A DNA stretch of 64,000 bases from Flaccisagitta enflata (GCA_965153355.1 OZ231126.1:10602001-10666000), one strand, 5' to 3'; counted from the first letter of the stretch, positions 26,891 through 40,915 are shown. Made by a program: numbers and translations. Notes: generated from the letters alone by a model not told the origin.

Positions 26891-29800
26891 TAATGGTGTG
26901 ACAAAAAACTTTTAGGTGACACGGACATGTTAATTAGGCCTGTTTTATGCTTCAGTAAGATCAAAGAGAATGAAATGAATGACCTTTTACTGGCTTAAAC
27001 TTCATTAAAGATGGTGGCACAGATACTGGATACTGGATACTGGATACTGGATACTGGATACTGGATACTGGATACTTGATTCTCTGTAAGCCTAGAAAAT
27101 GTTGTCTTTTTGTTTCAAACATGCGACCCTTGACCCTTAATGCTAGTCTACAGAATCTAAGCTCAGACTAGAGTCCATTGTTTGAGTGTATGTGGTGATG
27201 CAGATCTTGGATACTGGATACTGGATACTGGATACCTGATTCTCTCTTATTAGATAAGACTTTTTTTATTTCATATAATGGTGTGACAAAAAACTTTTAG
27301 GTGACACGGACATGTTAATTAGGCCTGTTTTATGCTTCAGTAAGATCATAGAGAATGAAATGAATGACCTTTTACTGGTTTAAACTAATTCATCAAAGAT
27401 GGTGGCGCAGATACTGGATACTGGATACTGGATACTGGATACTGGATACTGGATACTGGATACTTGATTCTCTGTAAGCCTAGAAAATGTTGTCTTTTTG
27501 TTTTAAACATGCGACCCTTGACCCTTAATGCTAGTCTACAGTATCTAAGCTCAGACTAGAGTCCATTGTTTGAGTGTATGTGGTGATGCAGATACTGGAT
27601 ACTGGATACTGGATACTGGATACCTGATTCTCTCTTATTAGATAAGACTTTTTTTATTTCATATAATGGTGTGACAAAAAACTTTTAGGTGACACGGACA
27701 TGTTAATTAGGCCTGTTTTATGCTTCAGTAAGATCAAAGAGAATGAAATGAATGACCTTTTACTGGCTTAAACTAATTCATTAAAGATGGTGGCGCAGAT
27801 ACTGGATACTGGATACTGGATACTGGATACTGGATACTGGATACTGGATACTGGATACTTGATTCTCTGTAAGCCTAGAAAATGTTGTCTTTTTGTTTTA
27901 AACATGCGACCCTTGACCCTTAATGCTAGTCTACAGTATCTAAGCTCAGACTAGAGTCCATTGTTTGAGTGTATGTGGTGATGCAGATACTGGATACTGG
28001 ATACTGGATACTGGATACCTGATTCTCTCTTATTAGATAAAACTTTTTTTATTTCATATAATGGTGTGACAAAAGACTTTTAGGTGACACGGACATGTTA
28101 ATTAGGCCTGTTTTATGCTTCAGTAAGATCATAGAGAATGAAATGAATGACCTTTTACTGGTTTAAACTAATTCATCAAAGATGGTGGCGCAGATACTGG
28201 ATACTGGATACTGGATACTGGATACTGGATACTGGATACTTGATTCTCTGTAAGCCTAGAAAATGTTGTCTTTTTGTTTTAAACATGCGACCCTTGACCC
28301 TTAATGCTAGTCTACAGTATCTAAGCTCAGACTAGAGTCCATTGTTTGAGTGTATGTGGTGATGCAGATACTGGATACTGGATACTGGATACCTGATTCT
28401 CTCTTATTAGATAAGACTTTTTTTATTTCATATAATGGTGTGACAAAAGACTTTTAGGTGACACGGACATGTTAATTAGGCCTGTTATATGCTTCAGTAA
28501 GATCATAGAGAATGAAATGAATGACCTTTTACTGGTTTAAACTAATTCATCAAAGATGATGGCGCAGATACTGGATACTGGATACTGGATACTGGATACT
28601 GGATACTGGATACTTGATTCTCTGTAAGCCTAGAAAACATTGTCTTTTTGTTTTAAACATGCGACCCTTGACCCTTAATGCTAGTCTACAGTATCTAAGC
28701 TCAGACTAGAGTCCATTGTTTGAGTGTATGTGGTGATGCAGATACTGGATACTGGATACTGGATACTGGATACCTGATTCTCTCTTATTAGATAAGACTT
28801 TTTTTATTTCATATAATGGTGTGACAAAAGACTTTTAGGTGACACGGACATGTTAATTAGGCCTGTTTTATGCTTCAGTAAGATCATAGAGAATGAAATG
28901 AATGACCTTTTACTGGTTTAAACTAATTCATCAAAGATGGTGGCGCAGATACTAGATACTGGATACTGGATACTGGATACTGGATACTGGATACTGGATA
29001 CTTGATTCTCTGTAAGCCTAGAAAATGTTGTCTTTTTGTTTTAAACATGCGACCCTTGACCCTTAATGCTAGTCTACAGTATCTAAGCTCAGACTAGAGT
29101 CCATTGTTTGAGTGTATGTGGTGATGCAGATACTGGATACTGGATACTGGATACTGGATACCTGATTCTCTCTTATTAGATAAGACTTTTTTTATTTCAT
29201 ATAATGGTGTGACAAAAAACTTTTAGGTGACACGGACATGTTAATTAGGCCTGTTTTATGCTTCAGTAAGATCAAAGAGAATGAAATGAATGACCTTTTA
29301 CTGGCTTAAACTAATTCATTAAAGATGGTGGCGCAGATACTGGATACTGGATACTGGATACTGGATACTGGATACTGGATACTTGATTCTCTGTAAGCCT
29401 AGAAAATGTTGTCTTTTTGTTTTAAACATGCGACCCTTGACCCTTAATGCTAGTCTACAGTATCTAAGCTCAGACTAGAGTCCATTGTTTGAGTGTATGT
29501 GGTGATGCAGATACTGGATACTGGATACTGGATACTGGATACCTGATTCTCTCTTATTAGATAAGACTTTTTTTATTTCATATAATGGTGTGACAAAAGA
29601 CTTTTAGGTGACACGGACATGTTAATTAGGCCTGTTTTATGCTTCAGTAAGATCATAGAGAATGAAATGAATGACCTTTTACTGGTTTAAACTAATTCAT
29701 CAAAGATGGTTGCGCAGATACTGGATACTGGATACTGGATACTGGATACTGGATACTGGATACTGGATACTGGATACTGGATACTTGATTCTCTGTAAGC

Positions 29801-31854
29801 CTAGAAAATGTTGTCTTTTTGTTTTAAACATGCGACCCTTGACCCTTAATGCTAGTCTACAGAATCTAAGCTCAGACTAGAGTCCATTGTTTGAGTGTAT
29901 GTGGTGATGCAGATACTGGATACTGGATACTGGATACTGGATACCTGATTCTCTCTTATTAGATAAGACTTTTTTTATTTCATATAATGGTGTGACAAAA
30001 GACTTTTAGGTGACACGGACATGTTAATTAGGCCTGTTTTATGCTTCAGTAAGATCATAGAGAATGAAATGAATGACCTTTTACTGGTTTAAACTAATTC
30101 ATCAAAGATGGTGGCGCAGATACTGGATACTGGATACTGGATACTGGATACTGGATACTGGATACTGGATACTGGATACTTGATTCTCTGTAAGCCTAGA
30201 AAATGTTGTCTTTTTGTTTTAAACATGCGACCCTTGACCCTTAATGCTAGTCTACAGTATCTAAGCTCAGACTAGAGTCCATTGTTTGAGTGTATGTGGT
30301 GATACAGATACTGGATACTGGATACTGGATACTGGATACTGGATACCTGATTCTCTCTTATTAGATAAGACTTTTTTTATTTCATATAATGGTGTGACAA
30401 AAAACTTTTAGGTGACACGGACATGTTAATTAGGCCTGTTTTATGCTTCAGTAAGATCAAAGAGAATGAAATGAATGACCTTTTACTGGCTTAAACTAAT
30501 TCATTAAAGATGGTGGCGCAGATACTGGATACTGGATACTGGATACTGGATACTGGATACTGGATACTGGATATTGGATACTGGATACTGGATACTGGAT
30601 ACTTGATTCTCTGTAAGCCTAGAAAATGTTGTCTTTTTGTTTTAAACATGCGACCCTTGACCCTTAATGCTAGTCTACAGTATCTAAGCTCAGACTAGAG
30701 TCCATTGTTTGAGTGTATGTGGTGATACAGATACTGGATACTGGATACTGGATACTGGATACTGGATACCTGATTCTCTCTTATTAGATAAGACTTTTTT
30801 TATTTCATATAATGGTGTGACAAAAGACTTTTAGGTGACACGGACATGTTAATTAGGCCTGTTTTATGCTTCAGTAAGATCATAGAGAATGAAATGAATG
30901 ACCTTTTACTGGTTTAAACTAATTCATCAAAGATGGTGGAGCAGATACTGGATACTGGATACTGGATACTGGATACTGGATACTGGATACTGGATACTTG
31001 ATTCTCTGTAAGCCTAGAAAATGTTGTCTTTTTGTTTTAAACATGCGACCCTTGACCCTTAATGCTAGTCTACAGTATCTAAGCTCAGACTAGAGTCCAT
31101 TGTTTGAGTGTATGTGGTGATGCAGATACTGGATACTGGATACTGGATACTGGATACCTGATTCTCTCTTATTAGATAAGACTTTTTTTATTTCATATAA
31201 TGGTGTGACAAAAAACTTTTAGGTGACACGGACATGTTAATTAGGCCTGTTTTATGCTTCAGTAAGATCAAAGAGAATGAATGAATGACCTTTAACTAAA
31301 CTAATTCATTAAAGATGGTGGCGAAGATACTGGATACTGGATACTGGATACTGGATACTGGATACTGGATACTGGATACTTGATTCTCTGTAAGCCTAGA
31401 AAATGTTGTCTTTTTGTTTTAAACATGCGACCCTTGACCCTTAATGCTAGTCTACAGTATCTAAGCTCAGACTAGAGTCCATTGTTTGAGTGTATGTGGT
31501 GATGCAGATACTGGATACTGGATACTGGATACTGGATACCTGATTCTCTCTTATTAGATAAGACTTTTTTTATTTCATATAATGGTGTGACAAAAGACTT
31601 TTAGGTGACACGGACATGTTAATTAGGCCTGTTTTATGCTTCAGTAAGATCATAGAGAATGAAATGAATGACCTTTTACTGATTTAAACTAATTCATCAA
31701 AGATGGTGGCGCAGATACTGGATACTGGATACTGGATACTGGATACTGGATACTGGATACTGGATACTGGATACTTGATTCTCTGTAAGCCTAGAAAATG
31801 TTGTCTTTTTGTTTTAAACATGCGACCCTTGACCCTTAATGCTAGTCTACAGTA

Positions 31855-32456
31855 CAGGGTGAACATTGTCAAATGCAAAAAAGTATTAAGCTTTTACTTC
31901 TTGACGCTTCATCACCATGACCTGGAATCATTTTTCTCTTATAGTAGTATGCTTGACATTTTTTGTGTCAAAATTTCATGGGTCTGAGTTGAATAGTTTG
32001 TTCATAATATCAGTTTGAAGTAAAAAGAATATTTAGAGCTTGACCTTGATTACTGATTTTTTTCATCTGGGCAGGTTCTTTTGGAATTGTTCTGATGTTG
32101 AAATGACTTAAGCCACAGATGCTACATTGGTCTTAAATGAAAGAGAATCAAATTTTCTTCCAATCAAGACCAATCTGGCATTTATAGCTCAAGCTGTCTT
32201 CAAATGAGAGCAAATCGAAAAAAAACTTTCCAGTTTAAAGAAGAAGATTTTTAGCTGAAAATGAGCTTTTTTCTAGAAATGCCTCTTTTACTTCAATTTA
32301 ATGTTGTGGACAAAGAATCCAACTTAGACCCATGAAATTTTGATACAAAAAACGTCAATTATAGTACTTTAAGAGAAAAGTGAATCTAGGTCATAAAAAT
32401 GAAGCATCTAGAAGCAAAAGCTTAATACTTTTTTGCATTTGACAATGTTCACACTG
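31855..32456. mobile_element. Element B MITE, copy 6 (no element A upstream)
   Basis: Same TIRs and TA site. Confidence 0.9.
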
Positions 32457-33276
32457 TATCTAAGCTCAGACTAGAGTCCATTGTTTGAGTGTATGTGGTG
32501 ATGCATATACTGGATACTGGATACTGGATACTGGATACCTGATTCTCTCTTATTAGATAAGACTTTTTTTATTTCATATAATGGTGTGACAAAAAACTTT
32601 TAGGTGACACGGACATGTTAATTAATTAGGCCTGTTTTATGCTTCAGTAAGATCAAAGAGAATGAAATGAATGACCTTTTACTGGCTTAAACTAATTCAT
32701 TAAAGATGGTGGCGCAGATACTGGATACTGGATACTGGATACTGGATACTGGATACTGGATACTGGATACTGGATACTTGATTCTCTGTAAGCCTAGAAA
32801 ATGTTGTCTTTTTGTTTTAAACATGCGACCCTTGACCCTTAATGCTAGTCTACAGTATCTAAGCTCAGACTAGAGTCATTGTGTTGTTTGAGTGTATGTG
32901 GTGATGCAGATACTGGATACTGGATACTGGATACGTTCTCTCTTATTAGATAAGACTTTTTTTATTTCATATAATGGTGTGACAAAAGACTTTTAGGTGA
33001 CACAGACATGTTAATTAGGCCTGTTATATGCTTCAGTAAGATCATAGAGAATGAAATGAATGACCTTTTACTGGTTTAAACTAATTCATCAAAGATGATG
33101 GCGCAGATACTGGATACTGGATACTGGATACTGGATACTGGATACTGGATACTGGATACTGGATACTTGATTCTCTGTAAGCCTAGAAAATGTTGTCTTT
33201 TTGTTTTAAACATGCGACCCTTGACCCTTAATGCTAGTCTACAGTATCTAAGCTCAGACTAGAGTCACACACACAC

Positions 33277-34150
33277 TGTTAGAAATGTATGTTCGTCCGT
33301 CTGTTAAGTGTGTGTGCTTTTGTTTCTTTTGCGTGCTTTTGGCTTTTCCTCTTTTCTTATTATTCAATGCCGGTGTCTTTTGTTTCTCGCCATTTTTTAT
33401 AATGAAGGCTAGATGGGTAACCATATGGTTGCGCCTTGTATTTTGTGCCATTTGTTTTTTATTACGTAAACAAACATACGTATCTCGTCTTCGTGTCATC
33501 CAATTTTGGATTGATTGTTTTTATTTATTTACGGCATTGCTTCCTAAAGTGATTGATTGAGTTTTCGTGATTGATTGAATGTGCCCTTGGAATTTACTAA
33601 TTTCAATAATCTCTCATCTTTTTGTTGCAGATAAACTTATGAAAGGACAGTGCGATTAGTTTGACATCGACAGACTGTGGGTTGAAACCAACGAAAGTGT
33701 TCCGACCTAAAGTAAGTTTTATAAGCGGCGTTTTCGTTTTCAGCTTGCGCGTTGTTTTATCTTATTCGGTCTGTTATTCCTTTTCCGTTTTGCATTTTAC
33801 TCTTTGGATTTTAGTATGGTTTTTATCGTTTCCGATCAGCTTACTATGGAGATGATATGGATGAATTTAATAGGATGAGCCGGGGCAGGGCAGGTATTAT
33901 CAGGTGGCATGGGCTCTGAAGATGAACATGTTGTCATGTGCTGTTTCTGTCCTTTATTGTGTCCTGTCTCGATTTCATGTTATCTTTTGCGTTTGCTGAT
34001 CACCATTAACGCCCACTTTCCCTTTTATTTTATCCCCTCTCTTCAGTTGTTGAAATTTTTATGGAATAAACGAGATGATCGCCTTCCTATTTTCCAATCG
34101 GCCAACTTTCTTTCACCACAAGTCGTCAGTCAGATAGACGCTCATAGACA
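33277..34150 (+). repeat. 5' LTR
   Basis: TGT...ACA ends, AATAAA at 34065, matches 40916-41799. Identity continues 33 bp further, so the right boundary is uncertain. Confidence 0.85.
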
Positions 34151-34245
34151 GTGCCAGTTGAAACTCGTGGGCGTAATTTATAGCTAGAAATTTAAAAAAC
34201 GACTCGACTCTTTCCATCTTCGACCTCCGAAAACGAAATTGGACA

Positions 34246-37200
34246 ATGGCAGGCGCGAGCAAAGACGACACCGTCTCGACTGCTTCAGCGTCATCTCGTG
34301 TATCTCACTTCGGTTTGAATCAGTGTCCGAGGTCGAATCGTTTGCGCGCAATGAGAAACGACATCGCGGCGGAGATGGAAGGATGCCGGCGCCTTTTAAA
34401 CACCGTTGCCGCTTGCGCCGAAGGGCCGAATGATTTCGACGACGCCGCATATGAATCAGATGGCGCTCGACACGGCCTTAGGGACATGGTCTCTGACTTT
34501 ATATCATACGCAAGGCAAATGGCGCTCGATTCGATGCCCGGCGACCATCCTCTTCGATTAACGGCGTCCACTCTGCGTCGAATCCGCCGCGAATGGAACT
34601 CCATGCGTTTCTTCGATCGTGAAAAATTATCCAGAGGGTTTTCCTTCCAACGCCGACATCGTGAACATAATGCACAATGACATTGGGAATCGTAAGAGAC
34701 CCGTCAATGAATTCTCATGGAACAGCCTCCCAACTGACACTCATGCCGCCCGTGACAATATTACTGGCGCTCCAACTCCAAGGATGCGAACGTCTTCGCC
34801 AACCCAGCAGGATCCGGTATCACACTTCCAATCCCTCGACACTTGGTGCACAATCTCAACTGGCGGCAATTTTAGATCTGCCGCGATTCAAGAGGAGATG
34901 CCGTCCATCAGTGGGTTTCAGACTTGATGTCGAATCCGAACGCAGCGTGCGTCTCCGATGGAGCAAAGGCCAGGCGACATGCTTGCGGATCAGGCGTGCT
35001 CGCCAAGAGGTCGGCGGGATATCAGCGGACTGACGCCAGCAGAGGGCGAGGCGACGCTTCATCAATAAGTGCGGAGAGAGACAGATGGGGTAGGCAGCTG
35101 GAGGAAGAAATGCGACAAGGCCGTCGGCTGATAAAAGCGATATGCAGCAGCAACAGCGCGTGAGGAGGAGCAGCGACAGCAACTTCCCAGGAGCAACAAC
35201 AGCAGCATCAATTGCAGATGCAGCGGCAACTCCAACAGCAACGTCAGCTCCACCGACCGCAGGAGCAGCGGCAAACGACAGCGCAACGGCAGCGGCAAGA
35301 GCTGTTGCAGCGGCGGCAGTTACCGCAGCTTCAACAATTTCGTCAACAAGACCAACAACAACGTCAAATCCCGCAGCCGGCGCCACAATCTGTGGTTCAA
35401 CAACAGCAACAACATCAGCGGCAGCAACAGCGGCGGCAGCAACAGCAAGAGCTGCAGCAGCATCAACCAGTAGCATAGCCTGAACAACAACAACAATGGC
35501 AAATACTGCAGAGGAACATATGCAGCAGCAACTGCAGCAGCAACAGCAACCTTCATCCGCGATTCCAGCGGTAGTAGTTGATCCTCCAGCGTCAAATAAC
35601 CATCCTGTCGAAAGCATGAATGTCAGTGAAGAAACAGAAGAAGAGAGACAGCAACGCCTTGCAGAACTGTGAATTCGCATGATGGCTGAAGGTGAAAGTG
35701 GTGGTGCAGCAACAGCTCCAAAGGCGCCCATCGCGGTGCCATTGGGATTCCAACAGCGAAGCTCATCACAAAAAGACAAAGAATTGTACGACAGAATGTG
35801 CAACTTTCGCCAACAGCAGCAGCGAGATGAAGATAGAAGGGCAGGAGTATTCAGCAATGCGGCAGAGATGCACGGCTTTGGAATAGCCTGAGCAGCGGCG
35901 GCATTGGTGGAGCTTTAGAGCAGCGGGATGTGAAGCAGACAACTGTCTGAGCTGGACAAGCAGCAGCCATGCTCAGCCAAAGGCCAAATAGATCTATCTT
36001 CTGAAATTCAATCCCGGGGTTTTTAATTGGAACTTGCAGCAACGTCATGTGCAGCCAGTGGAAACGTCCGTCAAGCAGCTGATGCGGCAGCGGCAGCAGT
36101 TGGAGCAGCAGCAGCAGCAAGGACAGCGACAGCATCAACTGCAGCAGCAGAATGAGCAGCAACAGCATCCTGACCAGCAGCAGCAGCTTCGACATCAACA
36201 GTGGCAGCAGCAACGGTTTCAACAACAGCAACAGCATCATTATCAGCATCATCAAACCCCAGCAGCAACGATTCTCCCTACCGCACCGGAAGTGATCTTC
36301 GAGAAGCAGACTGGTTCTACTAGAAGGGAGACTGAACTTCCCCGTCAAGAGGAAAAGGTCTTCAACACAGCCGGAAGCGGAGGTGATGCAACGGAGGCGA
36401 TGCGCAGGAGGCAGAGGCAGGAGGCCGCTGACGCGAAGTTGGCACAGCAGCTGCAAGATAAGGAGAGAAGAAAAGTCGCTCCTAAGAAGACAATGAGTGG
36501 ATTGCAGCCGAAGGTGCCAGAAGTAGCGCAAGCGCCTCTAGCAACGCCTCCAGCAGAATCAACGTTTGCAGCAAGAAGTGGATAGTTTGAAGATGCAGAT
36601 TCAGCAGAGAGACTTTGACCTTGCCGCAGCGAGAGAAGAAGAGAAACAACGCAAAGAAGAACAACAAAAGCGACAGTACGTCCGCCAGGATTTTGATGCT
36701 CCCCGATTCCATCAAGATGATCGTCAACAACAAATGAATCAGCAGGAAGAAGTTGGGTGGAGTGTGAAAACTACCAAAGATCGCGGTCAAGGTCGGGGGT
36801 CAATCATTCACCCAGCAAGCCCCAGCGCATATCATCAAGTAGAGCATCATCAAGTAGCCTCAAATCGTCAACAGGAAGTTCATGTACAGATGCCCAACAA
36901 TCCGGCTCTGGACATGTTCTTGGAAAGAGCGGCGTACAACGATCATATGCGAGCAAGGGAGGTCGGCCTCAAAGCATTGGAGAGAGCAAGACCTGAGAAG
37001 CCTCTGCAGGAGCTTTCATCCACCGATTTCATGATGTGGAAGAGGAAGTTCAAAGATGCTGAAAAGCATGAAGGCTTGACGCAAATGGACATTTTAGTGG
37101 AATTGCCTAAGTGGTTTGCTGGTCCGGCAAAGGAGATCATCGAAACTGCGGCGATTGGTGCAACTGAATGACAGCAAGAGAAGAGATTGGCGACGCATTC

Positions 37201-38022
37201 GCAAAAATGGGCGTCGTTTTTATGGCGGGGCGCTGCAATAATGCAGTGCTGAGCAACGAAGTCGTCATGGAGGCGAAAATCCAGTCAGACGACCATGCCA
37301 GGCATTTCAATCTGTCTGCAAGGCTGCAAAAGGCAAAGAAGATTGCGAGGACCTGTGGAGAAGTGCAACAATGCTATCGTGACGAGCTGCTGCAGGAGAT
37401 CCTCAATAAGAGGGTCCCTCATCTTGCAGATAAATTTTGGGAAAAGCAACATGAAGCAGCCCAAAAAGGACAGTCATTTTCATTCGACAACTTGGTCAAC
37501 ATGATTGAAACATGGGCGGTGATTCAGCGCAACAAAGGTGCAAGCTGCAAAACAGCGTCAGTGGCAGCAGTCGCAACGACAGAAAAAGAGGCGCCATCAT
37601 CACCTGAGGATGCCTTGACTGATGGCAAGCAAAAGATGCAGTCGACGGACCGCTGCGACGTCTGCAGTGGAATGCATCAAACAGAAGAGTGTCATCAACT
37701 GTTAGAGTTGGAAGTGGACGCGAGAGTTCAAAAGATCATGTCTCGTCGTCTTTGCTTCCACTGCCTCGCGCCAGGACACAACACCAAAGGATGTGCGAAC
37801 AGACCAACTTGCCAGATCTGCAAGAAACGGCACACAACAATTCTCCACGGGCGCACCTACAAGAAAGAAGAAAAGGAAGAGAAGAAGGGAGAGAATAAGC
37901 AGGGAAATAAAGTACCGCTGGCTCCTTTCAACAAGTCAGAGGATGCGGCTGCACCAGCACCAACAGCTCCGTCGACGGCGGAGGCAGCAATCCTACGGAG
38001 TCTCTTACAAATCACGGCATGA
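34246..38022 (+). pseudogene. gag: BEL/Pao gag, frameshifted, with long Gln-rich N-terminal region and three zinc-knuckle-like motifs
   Basis: CDVCSGMHQTEEC...CFHCLAPGHNTKGC...CQICKKRHTTILH at ~37654-37848. Upstream frames are broken by stops and shifts. Confidence 0.85.
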
Positions 38023-38079
38023 CTGGCGGCGGCGGCGCGTCAGCGGTCGTCTGCGGTCGACGACGTTGTCCGTGGAATG

Positions 38080-39825
38080 TTCCATTGACTATCATAAACA
38101 ATTCTTCGGTGTGCAGAGGAGGACGATATACGCTATGATCGACTCAGGCGCTGATCGCAACGTGATCAGTACCAATGTCATTCGCAGTCTTCTGATTCCG
38201 ACAAAAGCAATTGCAAATGGCGAGTGATTACTGCTTCAGGAAATCATGTTGTTGAGGATCGTTTCGCCACGCATCATTCACCATGAAGTCGGTCGGCGAG
38301 GAATATGTCGGTCGGCGTCCGCGCTGGCGTTGGTGGGTGATTTGTTGGCGACGAGTGAGCGCGACATTCCCCTTTTTCCTCAGCGACCTATGCGATAACC
38401 CATCAGAGATATAAAGTTTCCAGAAGCAGAAGGCGGCGTTATGATGATCATCGGAGCGGCGCATGCGGATGCCGCCGTCGCTCAGGAAATCCGCCGAGGA
38501 CCTTCAGGATCCTTGACTTGCTTCAGATGTTTATTCGGTTGGACTGTGTGTGGAAAAACGGGGAAGAGGGCGAATTTTGCATCGGTCAACGCCATCGCAA
38601 CGGATGATCGCGTCCTCCACGACAGCATCGATCGCATTCTCGATAATCGCGTCCTCAATAGCAACATTGACCGCATCTTCTACCATGACTTTGCATCACC
38701 AATCGTCTCGCAAGAGGAGATGGGCGATTCCCTTGAAAATTTCAGAGCGTGCAAAATGTTAGAGAAAAAGACATACTTTTGCCCAATTGCAGCAAAGGAT
38801 CTTCTTCCTAAACCGGAAGTGGCGCAAGACGTCTTGGAGGAGGCGCGCAAACAGCTCGTCAAGTCAATGCAGCGGCAACATTATTCCGACGTTTTCGAAC
38901 AATTGGAGTTGGGAAAAGCCTTTAAGCCAGAAAGCCGTCGTGACTTTATCATCAAGAACAAGGAGGTGCTAAAGTTGAACCCTTTCGTCGATGACGACGG
39001 CGTCCTTCGCGTCGGCAGCCGATTGGAGAATGCCGACATCGCACATGACGCTAAATTTCCCTTCATCCTTCCGCCAAAAGACGAGAATGTGAAATCATTA
39101 ATTCGCCATTATCATCATAATGATTTTCATGTGGGGCAAAGCGCACATTGTGCCAGTTACGTCAATTTGTGTGGATTACAAAAGGTCTTCAGGCTGTCAA
39201 GAGCGTCGTCAACACGTGCTTCAGATGCCAGAAGAACTTTAAAAAGAAAACGCGAATCAGCGAATGGCCAAGCTTCCATCAAAGCGCCATCTTGCTTCCA
39301 TCTCTATTGGCACCATCCTCCGTCATTTTCTTCAGCACTGCTGTCGTCGGTGAAGGAATTCTCAATATGAATCCTCTGACAGCGCTCAGGCGATAGTCTA
39401 AATGATTCTGAGGCCCTCGCAGATCATATCCTCCAATCCATCAACATCCGATCACTGCCCCTCTGGATCTGGTGCAACAAGGCGTCAGCTCTGACGCCGA
39501 CTCCGCGAAGATTCAATGGAGGCGTGCGCAATCGCGTGTGGATGCGTTTTGGAAATCGTGGAGGGTCGAATATTTGGCGCTTCTTCACGCGCAAAGCAAA
39601 TGGTCGAGATCCGAGAGAGACTTTGCGGTCGATGACATGGTCGTCGTCATGGACGCAACATGCCTGCGTCTGGTGGAGTTTAGGACGCGTCATGGTGTCG
39701 AAGGTTCATCAGCTCATGTCCGGAGGGCTCATATCCGTCGGCAAGATGAAAAGATTGTGACAAAAGACCTTTCGCACGAAGCTCGTGCGGCTGGAATTGG
39801 ACTCATAAAAAACCTAAGTTTTTGA
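38080..39825 (+). pseudogene. pol: BEL/Pao pol remnant: aspartic protease, post-protease region, integrase N-terminal HHCC and C-terminal domain
   Basis: IYAMIDSGADRNVI (DSG at 38141); LFGWTVCGK; IRHYHHNDFH...WITKGLQAVKSVVNTCFRCQK; WRRAQSRVDAFWKSWRVEYL. No YxDD RT motif seen. Confidence 0.85.
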
Positions 39826-40761
39826 GAGAGAGAGAAAAAGGCGCATGGGCCTGTCCATTAGTAACTATAGATATGAGTGATTGAAACTCTGACATGTTAT
39901 ATTTACAAAGAGTTGTTATTATTCATATTTGGTTCTGATTATCCATGCTCTCATCTTTCCTCTTGTCAATTATATTATCCTTCCACTCACATCAAAAAGC
40001 TCTTGATTCATTCGCTCTGTCTATATGTACGTATTGTGCCAAAATCCGTTCTTACCATTATCAGTTCGCGATAACGAACATTTCAAAGCTTCCGCTGACT
40101 GACGTTATTCCATCTACGAAGTCAGTTCCCATCTTGAAGTCGCTCGTCGGAGTCAAGATGTCACGTCAGCATCCGGCTCCACCTGCGCCTTTTTCGATGC
40201 GGTGCCGTTGAAAGCGACATCATTCATCGCCTTTTGCCCACGGATTGACGAGGTTTTGGAGCTCCGGAATTGACCCGCTCGTCTCTGTAATGGAGAAGGC
40301 GCAGGTGAAGTGGTCGTTCCATGATGCTTACTAATTTTTCTGGCCTTTCATATTCGTTTTTACATATAGTTAGTAACTTACTTATTTTGTCTTGTTTTGT
40401 TTGGTTCCTTGGAACAAAATTTTTTTTTTGTTGTGTTTGTTTTAGACATGGTCTTTTTAGTCATTATTACGAATACTTTCGTATGAACATGTTTTTAGTA
40501 GTATGCCCCTACTTATTATTGTCCACTCTCAAGTCAAATCCCAGGCAGGTGCTCAAAGCTCCGTTTCCCCTTGCCACCATAATTTTACAGAACGGGTGCC
40601 TCAACCTCCTCGTCGCCGCCTCGTTTCCATCCGCGTCATCGTTGATCGTTGAAAAATTGCTGGTGGTGGATCCTTTCCGGACGGAAATCATCATTCGTGC
40701 AGTCTACGATCTGTTGATAGTTAGGGTGGGGATGTAAAGAGGCAGTGGACGGGGAGGGCGA

Positions 40762-40763
<2 letters not shown>

Positions 40764-40812
<49 letters not shown>
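40764..40812. repeat. (CT)n microsatellite inside the retrotransposon 3' region
   Basis: Pure CT run. Confidence 0.95.
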
Positions 40813-40816
<4 letters not shown>

Positions 40817-40915
40817 TCTTCTTATCCACCATGTCCCCAGAGAGAGTAAGGATATTTTTTTTGCATCTGAACAGAAGAAGAATTCAAAAGGGCGAGTTTG
40901 GAACATAAGGCCCAG

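Larger units (their letters stand above)
208..33266. repeat. Satellite array, ~380-395 bp monomer with two (GGATACT)n tracts, interrupted by co-amplified TE inserts
   Basis: Near-identical unit TAATGGTGTGACAAAA...GGTGGCGCA(GATACTG)n...GTGGTGATGCA(GATACTG)m...ATTTCATA repeated head to tail. Periods such as 16024>16419>16800 (395, 381 bp) differ in 7-bp steps. Confidence 0.98.

Noticed and set aside
2224-31987. Recurrent short ORFs (ILDTGYW / QYPVSSI repeats, MHLTMFTLY...)
   Set aside because: Translations of the heptamer tracts and of TE-satellite junctions; no coding signal.
208-33266. CRISPR-like repeat/spacer pattern
   Set aside because: Intervening sequences are identical rather than unique spacers; no cas genes; eukaryotic context.
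34856-36531. Long minus-strand Ala/Leu-rich ORFs
   Set aside because: Antisense shadows of the CAG-rich gag region.
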